DNA of 63,924 nucleotides, counting the filler, from Lama guanicoe (Eukaryota), in NCBI GenBank assembly GCA_013239625.1. It is 177 parts of 177 records of this genome, joined end to end, with 100 filler letters (N's around TTAATTAATTAA, not from the genome) between each part and the next. Parts side by side here need not be neighbours in the genome. Positions count along the whole stretch, not along the records: positions 1 to 261 come from PNXV01050148.1; positions 362 to 622 come from PNXV01050149.1; positions 723 to 983 come from PNXV01050150.1; positions 1,084 to 1,344 come from PNXV01050151.1; positions 1,445 to 1,705 come from PNXV01050152.1; positions 1,806 to 2,066 come from PNXV01050153.1; positions 2,167 to 2,427 come from PNXV01050154.1; positions 2,528 to 2,788 come from PNXV01050155.1; 169 more parts are not named here. The stretch is one strand, 5' to 3'. The notes under the pieces are model-generated. The model did not search any database. It saw only the letters and a list, made by a program, of their open reading frames with translations, and was not told the origin of the DNA. The position numbers and the translations under genes were made by a program. Below, one piece after another: positions 1 to 12,174 of the stretch. How positions within the stretch are numbered: position 1 is the stretch's first letter; every line of letters begins with the position of its first letter.

Positions 1-2888
1 CCTACTTCACAGAGCCCAGACTCCTGCCTCTGCTGGAACATCTTTTCCAGGGACCTCCCCACTTCCACCACCACCCTTCAAAAAAACCCCAAAACTCTGG
101 CTTACTCGCTCAGGATTCTGCCCCAGCCTAGGGCTCCGTGTCTCTGGGAGAGCTGGTTCCACTCTGCACGTCAGGTCTTGGCTCTCAGCCCAGAAGCACA
201 AGTGATCCCCCATCCTGATGGCCCTCTCTAGAGACTCCCAGAATTCATAAAGAAAAAAGAANNNNNNNNNNNNNNNNNNNNNNNNNNNNNNNNNNNNNNN
301 NNNNNTTAATTAATTAANNNNNNNNNNNNNNNNNNNNNNNNNNNNNNNNNNNNNNNNNNNNGACCTGGCTGGGTGTTTTGTTCACTGGGAAGTGGGCTCG
401 GAGGTCCCAGGCTGTGTCCCAGGGCGGCAGCCACATCCTCTGCAGCCCCAGCCCCTCCTTGCCTTTCTTCTGGTTTTGGAAATCTGTGTTTGGGGTGAAC
501 TGGACTCCCTAGGGGCAGTGCTCCATCTCCCACCTGCTGGGTCTTTGTTTAGCTCCAAATTAAAGCCAGAGCAGAAAACACAAAACATTTCCTGCTTGGA
601 GAGTGAAGGAACCGTCTGTCTTNNNNNNNNNNNNNNNNNNNNNNNNNNNNNNNNNNNNNNNNNNNNTTAATTAATTAANNNNNNNNNNNNNNNNNNNNNN
701 NNNNNNNNNNNNNNNNNNNNNNTTTTGTACTGCAACTATAAACACCACTGATGAAAATTTGGTTTGTTTTTAATAGTCTTCAAAATACTTTAAATTGTAG
801 CAACAGTGGCCTGAAATTAAGGCCCAGTCTGAATGACTCTCTTAACATCTGAAACCAAGAGGGGTTCTGTTGGCCTAATTGCAAGCTTCCATCTGCATTC
901 TTCTCTCACAGGTGAGGTCCTGTGGTCAGACAAACCTTCTTCCTTATCAAAAGGACCAAGTAGGTGAGGTTCTTGTTTATCCCNNNNNNNNNNNNNNNNN
1001 NNNNNNNNNNNNNNNNNNNNNNNNNNNTTAATTAATTAANNNNNNNNNNNNNNNNNNNNNNNNNNNNNNNNNNNNNNNNNNNNTTTAATTTGTTTCCAGT
1101 TACCAAGTTTCCCAGTTGTAACTGAATCATACAGGAAGGATAGGTCATGAGACTCATTTCACTGGGAGGTTCTTCAAGGATACAAACATTGTCTATTAGA
1201 GAGAAGATGGTCTTGGTAATTCTAGAAATGTCTTCAAATCTCTTCTCTCTCATTTATTTGTGTGATTTTGAATAAAGTATTTAACTTACTTGAACGTCAT
1301 ACAACGATTATATTAATGATACTTTCTTGAAAGAGATGTGAGAANNNNNNNNNNNNNNNNNNNNNNNNNNNNNNNNNNNNNNNNNNNNTTAATTAATTAA
1401 NNNNNNNNNNNNNNNNNNNNNNNNNNNNNNNNNNNNNNNNNNNNTTCTGACTATGCTTATCAGATAAACTTTCGTCTGGTTCAAGAACTTTGGGTGGGCT
1501 GCATTGATTCTGGTCTTATAAAACTGACAAAAGGAGTGAAGGAGATGACGGACCACACATGCTGACGCAAACGAGGTTTAGTTTGCTCCACACATGTGTA
1601 TACATGTGTATACATGGGTACATAGTGGGTCCTGGGGTCTATTTCTCACCATGAAATGGCCTATACACACAGGGTTTCATGATTGTGAGAGATTGGATTA
1701 TTGGTNNNNNNNNNNNNNNNNNNNNNNNNNNNNNNNNNNNNNNNNNNNNTTAATTAATTAANNNNNNNNNNNNNNNNNNNNNNNNNNNNNNNNNNNNNNN
1801 NNNNNCTTTTAAAATTACTTAGATTTTTTCCTTAGGATATATTCTTACAAATTATTATATTGAAGGACATGATCATTTATGTGGCTCAATGTATTTTTCC
1901 AAGTCTTTTGAAATGACTGATGCCAAATTATTCTGACTCTAAAGAATTTGGACAGATCATGCACTCTGGTCCCCTCTCCTAACACCCCACAAAAGAGCAG
2001 AGCATTTGACATATTCAAGGGAAAAAGAGCCTGAGAGGGACTCCATGCCCGCCATCTCTTTCCCCANNNNNNNNNNNNNNNNNNNNNNNNNNNNNNNNNN
2101 NNNNNNNNNNTTAATTAATTAANNNNNNNNNNNNNNNNNNNNNNNNNNNNNNNNNNNNNNNNNNNNGAAAGTACTGAATGAGTCTTAAATTGAGCAAAAA
2201 TTCAAATAAAAAGCAATAATTATCCAATAATTGTTGTAGAAATAACCGGGCAGAAATACAACGCATTACGGAACAGAAACACTGAAGATGCAGCTCCTTT
2301 TTCGGAAGCTAGTGTTTAATTTTGCGAATTACTTCTCTCTCTGCATTTATCACCTATGTGTCTGAAAATGCTATTACTATATACAGTGACCAACAGTCAG
2401 TATTTCTATTAAAGTTTTAATTAATGGNNNNNNNNNNNNNNNNNNNNNNNNNNNNNNNNNNNNNNNNNNNNTTAATTAATTAANNNNNNNNNNNNNNNNN
2501 NNNNNNNNNNNNNNNNNNNNNNNNNNNTTGGAAACAAATTTTTTAAAACAGAAAAGAAAGGATTCTGGAACAAGAACTTCATACTTACAATTTTAAATGA
2601 CAAGTTACCAAGTGAGTATTGTCAAACCGAATCTTCCTTTCTAAATGTCAGTTTTAAGTATTTAAAAATATAATAGCAAAAAATCCTCAGTTACAAAAGT
2701 AACAAAAACATAAACAATAATCTGGAATAAATTCAAAACTAATGCCCATGTTCTAAATGGAGAAACTACAGGACTGTACTGAGGGGTANNNNNNNNNNNN
2801 NNNNNNNNNNNNNNNNNNNNNNNNNNNNNNNNTTAATTAATTAANNNNNNNNNNNNNNNNNNNNNNNNNNNNNNNNNNNNNNNNNNNN

Positions 2889-3149
2889 GTCCATCGGCAC
2901 AAGGATCCCTCCTACTGTGCTTCTGTACCCACACCCCCTTCACCCTGCCCCCCTTCTCCAATCCCTGGAAACTACTAACCTGCTCCCCCTTTCTATTACC
3001 TTGTCATTGCAAGAATGCTACATAGGTGGAATCACAGAGTATGCAACGTTGGGGGGCTGGCCTTTTTCACCCCGCCTAGTTCCCTGGAAATTCACCCAGG
3101 CTGCTGCGTGTGTGGACAGTTGATTCCTTTTTACTGCTGAGGGCCATAA
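2889..3149 (-). mobile_element. Old L1 (L1M-type) 3' region fragment
   Basis: ccctggaaactactaacctgct...gaatgctacataggtggaatcacagagtat...ttcctttttactgctgag matches the recalled antisense 3' end of old L1 families. Confidence 0.7.
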
Positions 3150-4103
3150 NNNNNNNNNNNNNNNNNNNNNNNNNNNNNNNNNNNNNNNNNNNNTTAATTA
3201 ATTAANNNNNNNNNNNNNNNNNNNNNNNNNNNNNNNNNNNNNNNNNNNNTTTTTACTGACAACCACCATGTGTGGGTTCCCTGGAAGTTGCATCCCCAGT
3301 TGCTTGTGTGCAGAGTGAAGAAAGAGCCAAGAGCCAAGCGTTCAGGTGCAAGGCAGATGGGCTCAGGACGGGAGGGGACCCGGGCCCACGCTTCTACCAG
3401 GCTATCCAAGGCCAGGAGTGCACTGGATCCCGATCGCCCCCCAACCCCTGACAACCCCGGCATTTTATTGAATTATCAACCAGTCAAGCAAAAGGGCTAG
3501 GGTGGGGGTGNNNNNNNNNNNNNNNNNNNNNNNNNNNNNNNNNNNNNNNNNNNNTTAATTAATTAANNNNNNNNNNNNNNNNNNNNNNNNNNNNNNNNNN
3601 NNNNNNNNNNTTTTTTCTTCTGCCATCTCTTATCACTGATACATCTGTTTTCAATCTGTCATTCTTTTGTAGATAATCTTTTATTTTTGTTGACTTTTGT
3701 AATTTTCTCATCCTTATTGATCTTTGGCTTTGCTTTAATGTATATAGTATGACTTTGTTTGTTTGTTTGTCTGTTTGTTTATTTATTATCTTTCTCTGCA
3801 CATAGAACTTTTATTTTAAAGACTGATGTCTACCTTAATGTTTTAAGAATTCTTGACAATTACCTTTTCATNNNNNNNNNNNNNNNNNNNNNNNNNNNNN
3901 NNNNNNNNNNNNNNNTTAATTAATTAANNNNNNNNNNNNNNNNNNNNNNNNNNNNNNNNNNNNNNNNNNNNCAGAAAGTTGACAAACTTGCCATTCTTCA
4001 TATTTAGAACAGATTATTTTTTAAAAACCTCTTTTTACCTCTCCCACCTCTTTTAAAATACATGGTATTAATATTTGCTCCCTCCCTCTTAGGATGGCTG
4101 GAT

Positions 4104-4200
4104 TGATTAACTTATTTGCTCTTTCATGATGAGTCTCCTGTGTGCCAGGCACTGTCCTAGGCTGTTGGGAATAGCAAAGTGAGCAAAACATAAACAAACC
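4104..4200 (-). mobile_element. L2 3'-end fragment
   Basis: tgtgtgccaggcactgtcctaggctgttgggaatagcaaagtgagcaaaaca is the typical antisense L2 tail motif. Confidence 0.65.
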
Positions 4201-4332
4201 CCAGTTTTATTCTAAGGAGATGAAAAGAAAATNNNNNNNNNNNNNNNNNNNNNNNNNNNNNNNNNNNNNNNNNNNNTTAATTAATTAANNNNNNNNNNNN
4301 NNNNNNNNNNNNNNNNNNNNNNNNNNNNNNNN

Positions 4333-4545
4333 TGAAACATCCAGGTTAGACAGAAACACAGAGCGGGGAAGATCAGGTTGCCTGGGGCTGGGACTGGGAG
4401 GGGGTGGGATACGCAGCGAATGCTGAGGGTGTGGAGTTTTCTTCAAGGTAACAAAAATGTTCTGGAATGCAGTGAGCTGACGGCGGTACAGCTTTGTGAA
4501 ATCCTGAAAACCACTGAACTGTAGAACACGTGAATGAAATCTCAA
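4333..4545 (+). mobile_element. Old L1 (L1MB/MC-like) 3' end
   Basis: ggttgcctggggctggg...ggtaacaaaaatgttctggaa...ctgaaaaccactgaactgta, a recalled L1M 3' UTR motif set. Confidence 0.7.
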
Positions 4546-5415
4546 GACTTCTGTCATCTCCTTTGGTGCCCAACAATAACCTTGTCTTTAAGTNNNNNNN
4601 NNNNNNNNNNNNNNNNNNNNNNNNNNNNNNNNNNNNNTTAATTAATTAANNNNNNNNNNNNNNNNNNNNNNNNNNNNNNNNNNNNNNNNNNNNCTGTGAA
4701 CGCCTGTTGGTTTTGCCTGTCCGCTGTTTCCCTTTGGGAACCGGCCCCACCCTCGCCCCCCAGCCAAGGCCAGTGGTGTCTTCCTGTTCTCCACACGTCC
4801 TGCCAGCTGTGTGCCCAGGGAGGCTGTGCCCTCTGCATCCAGCCGGCCTTGGCGCCTGGATATGGGAGCGGGGCCAGTAGGACCCCCGCTCCCGGCCCTC
4901 CCTGCGAGGTCTTCCCAGCTGGGCCGCATCTTTCTACCACACTGCCTACCTGATNNNNNNNNNNNNNNNNNNNNNNNNNNNNNNNNNNNNNNNNNNNNTT
5001 AATTAATTAANNNNNNNNNNNNNNNNNNNNNNNNNNNNNNNNNNNNNNNNNNNNCGTTCCATGTTATTTACTCCATAGATTTAACTGTGAGCATATTTTT
5101 AATCTTCCCAGCAGTTCTCCCATCGGTGTTCCTCTTTCCTGAGTCCCTGGACTCGATCAGGTTAGATGTTACACACTGAGCCCTCGGTTTTGGCCAGGGA
5201 GGTTCTAACAGTTTCATTCTGATGGCCTGCTCCACGTCAGAACTGGATCCCAGTTCAGTTTTCAGACCTCCTCCTCCTCTTGTTCGTGGATTTTTTCTTT
5301 TTCCTTGAAAAATCTNNNNNNNNNNNNNNNNNNNNNNNNNNNNNNNNNNNNNNNNNNNNTTAATTAATTAANNNNNNNNNNNNNNNNNNNNNNNNNNNNN
5401 NNNNNNNNNNNNNNN

Positions 5416-5495
5416 CTGTTTTATCCACTGCTGTATTCCCAGCACCTGGAAACATGTCTGTCCATAGAAGGCACATGGTAAACATTTATTGAGTG
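5416..5495 (+). mobile_element. L2 3'-end fragment
   Basis: cactgctgtattcccagcacctggaaacatgtctgtccatagaaggcacatggtaaacatttattgagtg resembles the L2 terminus. Confidence 0.65.
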
Positions 5496-5820
5496 CATCA
5501 TCTTCGGACTAAGACTCACTGTGCTTCTGAAAATGGTTTATTTTTTGCACAATTTGAATTTCATAACTGATCGTGTTTTCCTCTTCACATTTAAGACTAG
5601 GAAACTTAGAACCAAGTCTATAGCACTTATATAGGACCTCACCTACATTTTTATGATTTGTGGTTAAAAAAAAAAANNNNNNNNNNNNNNNNNNNNNNNN
5701 NNNNNNNNNNNNNNNNNNNNTTAATTAATTAANNNNNNNNNNNNNNNNNNNNNNNNNNNNNNNNNNNNNNNNNNNNAAAAAAAAGTAGTTTATTTCTGTC
5801 TTACTTGATTATTTTATTTT

Positions 5821-5926
5821 GGGGGGAAGTAATTAGATGTATTTATTTTTAGAGGAGGTACTTAGGATTGAACCCAGGTTCTCTTGCATTCTAAGCATGT
5901 GCTCTACCATTTGAGCTATACCCTCC
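5821..5926 (-). mobile_element. tRNA-derived SINE, Vic-1-like (camelid)
   Basis: Reverse strand reads ggagggtatagctcaaatggtagagcac...ctgggttcaatcctaagtacctcc...ctaattacttcccccc plus an A-rich tail: Pol III A box, B box and a ctaattacc tail shared with two other copies in the window. Confidence 0.85.
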
Positions 5927-6137
5927 TCTACTTGTTTCTCTTGACAGGTTTATCACATATGCATATCTTCACAGCCAATGAAGTGTATATAAAGCCAGAG
6001 ACCAATAGCAAACCTAGCTGAATAATCAATTTTTTTTNNNNNNNNNNNNNNNNNNNNNNNNNNNNNNNNNNNNNNNNNNNNTTAATTAATTAANNNNNNN
6101 NNNNNNNNNNNNNNNNNNNNNNNNNNNNNNNNNNNNN

Positions 6138-6398
6138 TTTATTGGCAATGAGGATCCCATTGTTGTGACATACTGATAACCTCCGATGTGAAATAGCAAT
6201 GTAATAATTAATACTCTCACCAACGGTGACCTGGAATGGCTTACAGTGAAAGGAAGTAGTGACTATGAGAAACACAGTTGCCAGAGCAGTGACTAGGGGG
6301 TAATCAATGAACTAGAGAAAGATAGCAAATGCCTGAGGTTATTCATCATCAATTTAAGACCATGCGTTTAAAAGCCATAGAGCCTCCTCGGCAACAGA
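6138..6398 (+). mobile_element. Possible ERVL-class internal (gag-proximal) fragment
   Basis: ggtgacctggaatgg...ctgaggttattcatcatcaatttaagacc...agagcctcctcggca resembles recalled ERVL internal sequence; degraded. Confidence 0.4.
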
Positions 6399-7220
6399 NN
6401 NNNNNNNNNNNNNNNNNNNNNNNNNNNNNNNNNNNNNNNNNNTTAATTAATTAANNNNNNNNNNNNNNNNNNNNNNNNNNNNNNNNNNNNNNNNNNNNTT
6501 GGCGCCTGTCATCTCTCTTCATGCGTTAGTGCCTCTCAGCAATACCCACTCCACTGCACACTAATTTTAGAGTGACTTCTCCCCCTGTGCCTATCGAATG
6601 CCAAAGACGGTGAATAAGCTACTGCATCCGCAAGCTATATCCTGCCCTAGATCACTCCCGTGAAAGTCTCAGCAGTCGTTTTCTGCTTCATCACACTGGG
6701 GACTGTCAGCTGCCACCTGTGACCATAATGGAGTCCTCCTTGCTACGTGGCCAACGAGANNNNNNNNNNNNNNNNNNNNNNNNNNNNNNNNNNNNNNNNN
6801 NNNTTAATTAATTAANNNNNNNNNNNNNNNNNNNNNNNNNNNNNNNNNNNNNNNNNNNNACAATAATCAAATGCAGCCATATTAATCTCTCTGGTTATTA
6901 ACTTGATTCTTACACATTAAGATTTAGGTTTCATCCCCTGGGACCATCTATTAATGCTTGGATTTATGGCCACACCCTCTCTCAGTCCATGTTGGATTAT
7001 TAAGGGGTCCTGAACAGAAATGGGAATTCCACAACCTGCAGGGGATTTTGGCAGTGGCCCCATCATTTGTTATTTTCTAGTTTATTGTGATGTGTAGCTT
7101 GCATGAACCATGACAAATGGNNNNNNNNNNNNNNNNNNNNNNNNNNNNNNNNNNNNNNNNNNNNTTAATTAATTAANNNNNNNNNNNNNNNNNNNNNNNN
7201 NNNNNNNNNNNNNNNNNNNN

Positions 7221-7481
7221 ACACATTAGTCATGGTTCTCTAGGTAATCCCTGTATATATGCAGGGAGGGAGGCAGAGCCAGAGAGGGAGATTTATTTTA
7301 AAGAATTGGCTCATTCCAATTTTGGGGGCTGGTAAGTCTTAAATCCGCAGAGCAGGCTGCAGGCTGGTAACCCAGAGAAGAGCTGATGCTGCTGTCTTGA
7401 GTCCAAAGACAGTCTGGAGGCTGAACTCCTTCCTTCTCAAGGACCTCAGACTTTGTTTTAAGACCTTCAACTGATTAGATG
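7221..7481 (-). mobile_element. MLT2-type ERVL LTR fragment
   Basis: gagatttattttaaagaattggctca...ggctggtaagtc...gctgatgctgctgtcttgagtccaaagacagtctggaggc...ccttcaactgattagatg are MLT2 hallmarks. Confidence 0.8.
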
Positions 7482-8499
7482 NNNNNNNNNNNNNNNNNNN
7501 NNNNNNNNNNNNNNNNNNNNNNNNNTTAATTAATTAANNNNNNNNNNNNNNNNNNNNNNNNNNNNNNNNNNNNNNNNNNNNGTGGGGATGCTTTTACCCA
7601 AAAGGACATGGGGGTCATGGTACTATGTTTGTTTCTCTGCATTTTGCTGACCTGAGGAACATATCCTGTTCTTTGTTTGTTTTTATATTTTGTATTTTTT
7701 GTTTGTTTTTCAGACATTAAAGTTTATTTCTACTTGAACAATACTCCAAGAACTTTCGGAGGGTTAAAAGACCCAGTGATATCTGGGGCCTCAGTGAGCT
7801 GCACAAGATTCCAGAAGGGAGACTGGTTACCACCACATCCAGNNNNNNNNNNNNNNNNNNNNNNNNNNNNNNNNNNNNNNNNNNNNTTAATTAATTAANN
7901 NNNNNNNNNNNNNNNNNNNNNNNNNNNNNNNNNNNNNNNNNNCAGCAGCTTTTGTTTTTGTCACTACTTTAGTCTCTATTATGACATATGAAACACCATG
8001 GTTCTTAATAAGCATTTGTTGACTGACTGATTAACCAAATGAATGAATTAGTGATTGAAGACTAAAAATTAGGAACAGGGCTTGAAGTTTAAAACTGCCC
8101 TGGGGGTGGGAAGAAAATACAAATGATGGTCTCCTGGACCCCTCCACCCAGAGACTCCTTCTCTAACATTTTTGAAGTAGTAAATTCTGGGTTAATAAAG
8201 AGGNNNNNNNNNNNNNNNNNNNNNNNNNNNNNNNNNNNNNNNNNNNNTTAATTAATTAANNNNNNNNNNNNNNNNNNNNNNNNNNNNNNNNNNNNNNNNN
8301 NNNCAAGACACTCTGGTTTAAGAGCCATGCCTAGTTTTACATGCAAAGCAAAACTGATTCCCTATAGACACCTTCTCATTTAGAGCAGAATCCAAACTGC
8401 TCATTACAACGTGGAGTCCCTGCGTAATCAACGGAGAAAACACTGTTGTTTGAAGAACTTAGCTTGAAGAAACAAACCTCTTGGAAAAAAATCTCTTAT

Positions 8500-8564
8500 T
8501 TCCCAGCCTCCCTTGCAGCCAGGGGGGTCAAGAGACAGTTCTGACCATTGAAGTGGAAGTGGAA
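8500..8564. mobile_element. ERVL LTR fragment (LTR16/LTR33-like)
   Basis: ttcccagcctcccttgcagccaggg...cagttctgaccattgaagtggaagtggaa matches a recalled conserved motif of these LTRs. Confidence 0.55.
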
Positions 8565-8664
8565 NNNNNNNNNNNNNNNNNNNNNNNNNNNNNNNNNNNN
8601 NNNNNNNNTTAATTAATTAANNNNNNNNNNNNNNNNNNNNNNNNNNNNNNNNNNNNNNNNNNNN

Positions 8665-8925
8665 AAACATCTACGCAATCCAAAGAGCTGGCAGCTAGGC
8701 TGCAAAGCAGAGACCAAGGTGCAGAAAGCAGACAGAGCAGAGTATGTGGTGGGATAACAGACAAAGCTTTCCAAAGCTGATCAAAAACCTCAACTCACAG
8801 ACACAAAAGCTCAATGAGCCCACAGGCAGGATAAATACAAAGTAACCCATAGCTGGGTTCATCATAGTTAAACTGCTGAAAATGGCAGGGGTGGGGGCGG
8901 GGAGAGCAACTCTTAAAAGCAACCA
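8665..8925 (+). mobile_element. Old L1 ORF1-region fragment
   Basis: tttccaaagctgatcaaaaacctcaactcacagacacaaaagctcaatgagccc...caggataaatacaaag...catcatagttaaactgctgaaa, degraded L1 ORF1. Confidence 0.65.
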
Positions 8926-9946
8926 NNNNNNNNNNNNNNNNNNNNNNNNNNNNNNNNNNNNNNNNNNNNTTAATTAATTAANNNNNNNNNNNNNNNNNNN
9001 NNNNNNNNNNNNNNNNNNNNNNNNNCCAAAATTTTGGTTTAGGATGACTCTGGACTGGTAATATCCACAGACACCTTAAAGAATTAAATGTGAATCCTTC
9101 ACAATGTAAGATAATTTTACCCTATTCATTTTACAATTCCAACAAGAAGTTTTGAAAGAAATTAAATAGCAATAACAATTTAAAAATTGCCAAGCTCAAA
9201 AGGAAACAATGAGCAAACACCCCTCCAAAAAAAAAGAATAAAGTGACTAACAAAATTTAAATGTTGAAAATTATTGAATACAGATTNNNNNNNNNNNNNN
9301 NNNNNNNNNNNNNNNNNNNNNNNNNNNNNNTTAATTAATTAANNNNNNNNNNNNNNNNNNNNNNNNNNNNNNNNNNNNNNNNNNNNTTGATCTTATTTGA
9401 CATTTTACTACAGTGCTGAGGACAATATATTTTTAAGTGTCAGGTGCCCATGACATGAAAGAATGTTGATGCATATCTATTTGTGGGCACTGTAACTGAC
9501 ACCAGCAGCAAAATATCCAGAGGGGACACTCTTGAAAGTATCAAATGTAAAATAGCATAAACGTTTACAGGATACCATAGGATTAATGATCGGGTGATAT
9601 ATACACTCATCATGTGCTATTCTATGACAGCCCCCAAATTAGGTATANNNNNNNNNNNNNNNNNNNNNNNNNNNNNNNNNNNNNNNNNNNNTTAATTAAT
9701 TAANNNNNNNNNNNNNNNNNNNNNNNNNNNNNNNNNNNNNNNNNNNNCGGCCCTGGGGGCCTCAGACAGGCACCCCAGATCCCTATTCTCTCAGTGAGCC
9801 TGCAGAGAACATTTCTCAGTGCAACTGGCTTCTCCGAGAGAGCGCTCAGGGACGGGTGGCCAGGGCAGGCCTGAAGAGGAGCCCCTCTCCCCCGTGCCCT
9901 CCGCCCAGAATGCTGCTCTCTGGGCCTCTCCCCAATGGTCACTTAC

Positions 9947-10008
9947 CTGGAGTGCATCTCCGCCCCATCCTGGGTCAGGCTGGTGAGGCAGTTCTCAGGA
10001 CCACCAGC
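9947..10008 (-). CDS. ADGRB1: 3' end of an ADGRB1 (BAI1)-like coding exon with splice donor
   Basis: Reverse strand translates AGGPENCLTSLTQD, as recalled for BAI1 just before its first TSR repeat, then diverges (GAEMHS). Followed by donor CAG|gtaagt (9946-9941). The exon runs off the contig end. Confidence 0.7.
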
Positions 10009-11375
10009 NNNNNNNNNNNNNNNNNNNNNNNNNNNNNNNNNNNNNNNNNNNNTTAATTAATTAANNNNNNNNNNNNNNNNNNNNNNNNNNNNNNNNNNNN
10101 NNNNNNNNTGTGGGGGTAACAGCTGACTTGTGGGGGGAGGGGGAAGCGGGAATAGCTGCTTACGCGCAAGCATCTCTTCCTCTTTTTGGAAAAGGGACAA
10201 GGGGATGGTGGGGTGTTTATACCAAGACCCCTTCTAGAGGACTTTCCCTTCATGCCTTAAAACAACACGCGGCAGGTCACCTCAAAGCGGCGTGTCCCTC
10301 CTGGCTCCCCTCGGCTCCCGGGTGTGAACAGCTGCTGCCTATCTGGCTCCCTTTTAATCATCCTCAGACNNNNNNNNNNNNNNNNNNNNNNNNNNNNNNN
10401 NNNNNNNNNNNNNTTAATTAATTAANNNNNNNNNNNNNNNNNNNNNNNNNNNNNNNNNNNNNNNNNNNNCCTTCAGGAGCTAAGTGTGGTTTTGCACCTG
10501 TACGTCATTTGCAACCACATCATCATCAAAGGAGTAAGACCTTAACTCTGTGGGGCGAAAAGCACTGCGGTGCTTCAGAACCATCAAAAAACACTGAGCT
10601 TTGTGAAACAGTCCTGAGGCACCTAATCCGCACTTTTTCTGAAAGGCTCCAAAACTGACCCACTTCACCACTCCAGGCACTACAGGGAGGTACCGGAATT
10701 AGGAGAGAAAACATGCCCTTGAAGTCTGACNNNNNNNNNNNNNNNNNNNNNNNNNNNNNNNNNNNNNNNNNNNNTTAATTAATTAANNNNNNNNNNNNNN
10801 NNNNNNNNNNNNNNNNNNNNNNNNNNNNNNTCTGGACCCCTCTCAGAGCCTGTCAACTGTCTCTGTGCAGGCAGGCCCTTCCTTGTCCAACCCATCACTC
10901 ACATTCACATTAGAGTCATCTTTCTAAGAGTCAAGTGTTAAGAGCAAAGGTATCTTTAAGTCTTCCAATTAGTTACCTAAAAAAAATAAAAGCCCATCCC
11001 CTTAACGAGTTACCAGGCAACAGCAGGGGTCGTACCCTTCTCACATCAAACTCCCTGCAGTTTCTTCTGACCATGTCACCTCTCTCTCTCTNNNNNNNNN
11101 NNNNNNNNNNNNNNNNNNNNNNNNNNNNNNNNNNNTTAATTAATTAANNNNNNNNNNNNNNNNNNNNNNNNNNNNNNNNNNNNNNNNNNNNTTTTTTTTT
11201 CTTTGTAATTTTCAATTCCAATTTATTGACTGGTAGGCCACAGAGATTACTCTCACATGAATTAAGACATGATACTCTCAAGCAGATTTTGTTTTGGTGG
11301 TATGCATTTGGTGATTTGCATATACAATGATATTTACTCTATTTTAAAATATTATATTGGACTTTAAAATGGATA

Positions 11376-11452
11376 TTTTTTAAAACCGAAGTACAGTCAG
11401 TTACAGTGTGTCCATTTGTGGTGTACAGCATGATGTCCCAGTCATGCATATA
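11376..11452 (-). mobile_element. L1 3' terminus
   Basis: T-run then gaagtacagtcagttacagtgtgtccatttgtggtgtacagcatg; homologous to 37776-37862 and 63701-63756. Confidence 0.65.
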
Positions 11453-11552
11453 NNNNNNNNNNNNNNNNNNNNNNNNNNNNNNNNNNNNNNNNNNNNTTAA
11501 TTAATTAANNNNNNNNNNNNNNNNNNNNNNNNNNNNNNNNNNNNNNNNNNNN

Positions 11553-11665
11553 ACGCGGGCTGCCGGCCACAGCGGTCTTCCCGAGAAAGGCGCAGCCTGA
11601 GGCCGCGCGTGGCGCGCGCCCGGGCCTGGTCGCAGCTCCCGAGCGCGCTCGCTGGTTGCCATGTT
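11553..11665. promoter_or_regulatory. CpG-island edge, possible promoter
   Basis: Dense CpG (gccgcgcgtggcgcgcgcccggg) with an RFX-like half site gttgccatg at about 11654-11662. Confidence 0.45.
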
Positions 11666-11939
11666 CTTTTTAATTCCTTAAGGTTATTCGCAGAAGGCAA
11701 GTCTTGAAGCTCTATTCAGGAAACCACTTGCAAGCATCTAGCCTCCGCCTCACCATTGTCAGGCCTTCTGAAACTTACTTTATTCAGAGGCGAGATGTGG
11801 AGAGGGAACAGCCNNNNNNNNNNNNNNNNNNNNNNNNNNNNNNNNNNNNNNNNNNNNTTAATTAATTAANNNNNNNNNNNNNNNNNNNNNNNNNNNNNNN
11901 NNNNNNNNNNNNNGGTCCCTGGAGACATGCGGTCCCTGG

Positions 11940-12174
11940 AGGGCCTGCACAGAACAAAGAGGTGGAGGACGGGCCCATCTGCTGTCTTTGCTGGAGCTAG
12001 GACACCCATCTTCTCCTGCCCTTGGGTACTGGTGCTCCTGGTTCCTGGGCCTTTGGACGTGGACTGGGTTACACCCCTGGCTTTCCTGTTCTCCAGCTTG
12101 CAGACAGCAGATCATGGAAGTTCTTGGCCTCCGTAGCTGTGTGAGCCAATTCCTATAATAAATCATATCTATCT
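11940..12174 (+). mobile_element. MLT2-type ERVL LTR fragment
   Basis: catcttctcctgcccttgg...tctccagcttgcagacagcagatcatggaa...gtgagccaattcctataataaat are MLT2 hallmarks, including the polyA signal. Confidence 0.85.

Noticed and set aside
5055..5315. Minus-strand RFFKEKEKIHEQEEEEV* as a protein C-terminus
   Set aside because: Purine-rich low-complexity stretch; no protein recognised and several frames are equally plausible.
5821..5926. tRNA gene
   Set aside because: A and B boxes are present, but it carries a SINE tail shared with two other copies and degraded stems.
10470..10730. Third member of the ~245-bp satellite family
   Set aside because: Only short scattered matches (aaaactg, acttca, ggcacta) and neither conserved 13-mer; needs a real alignment.
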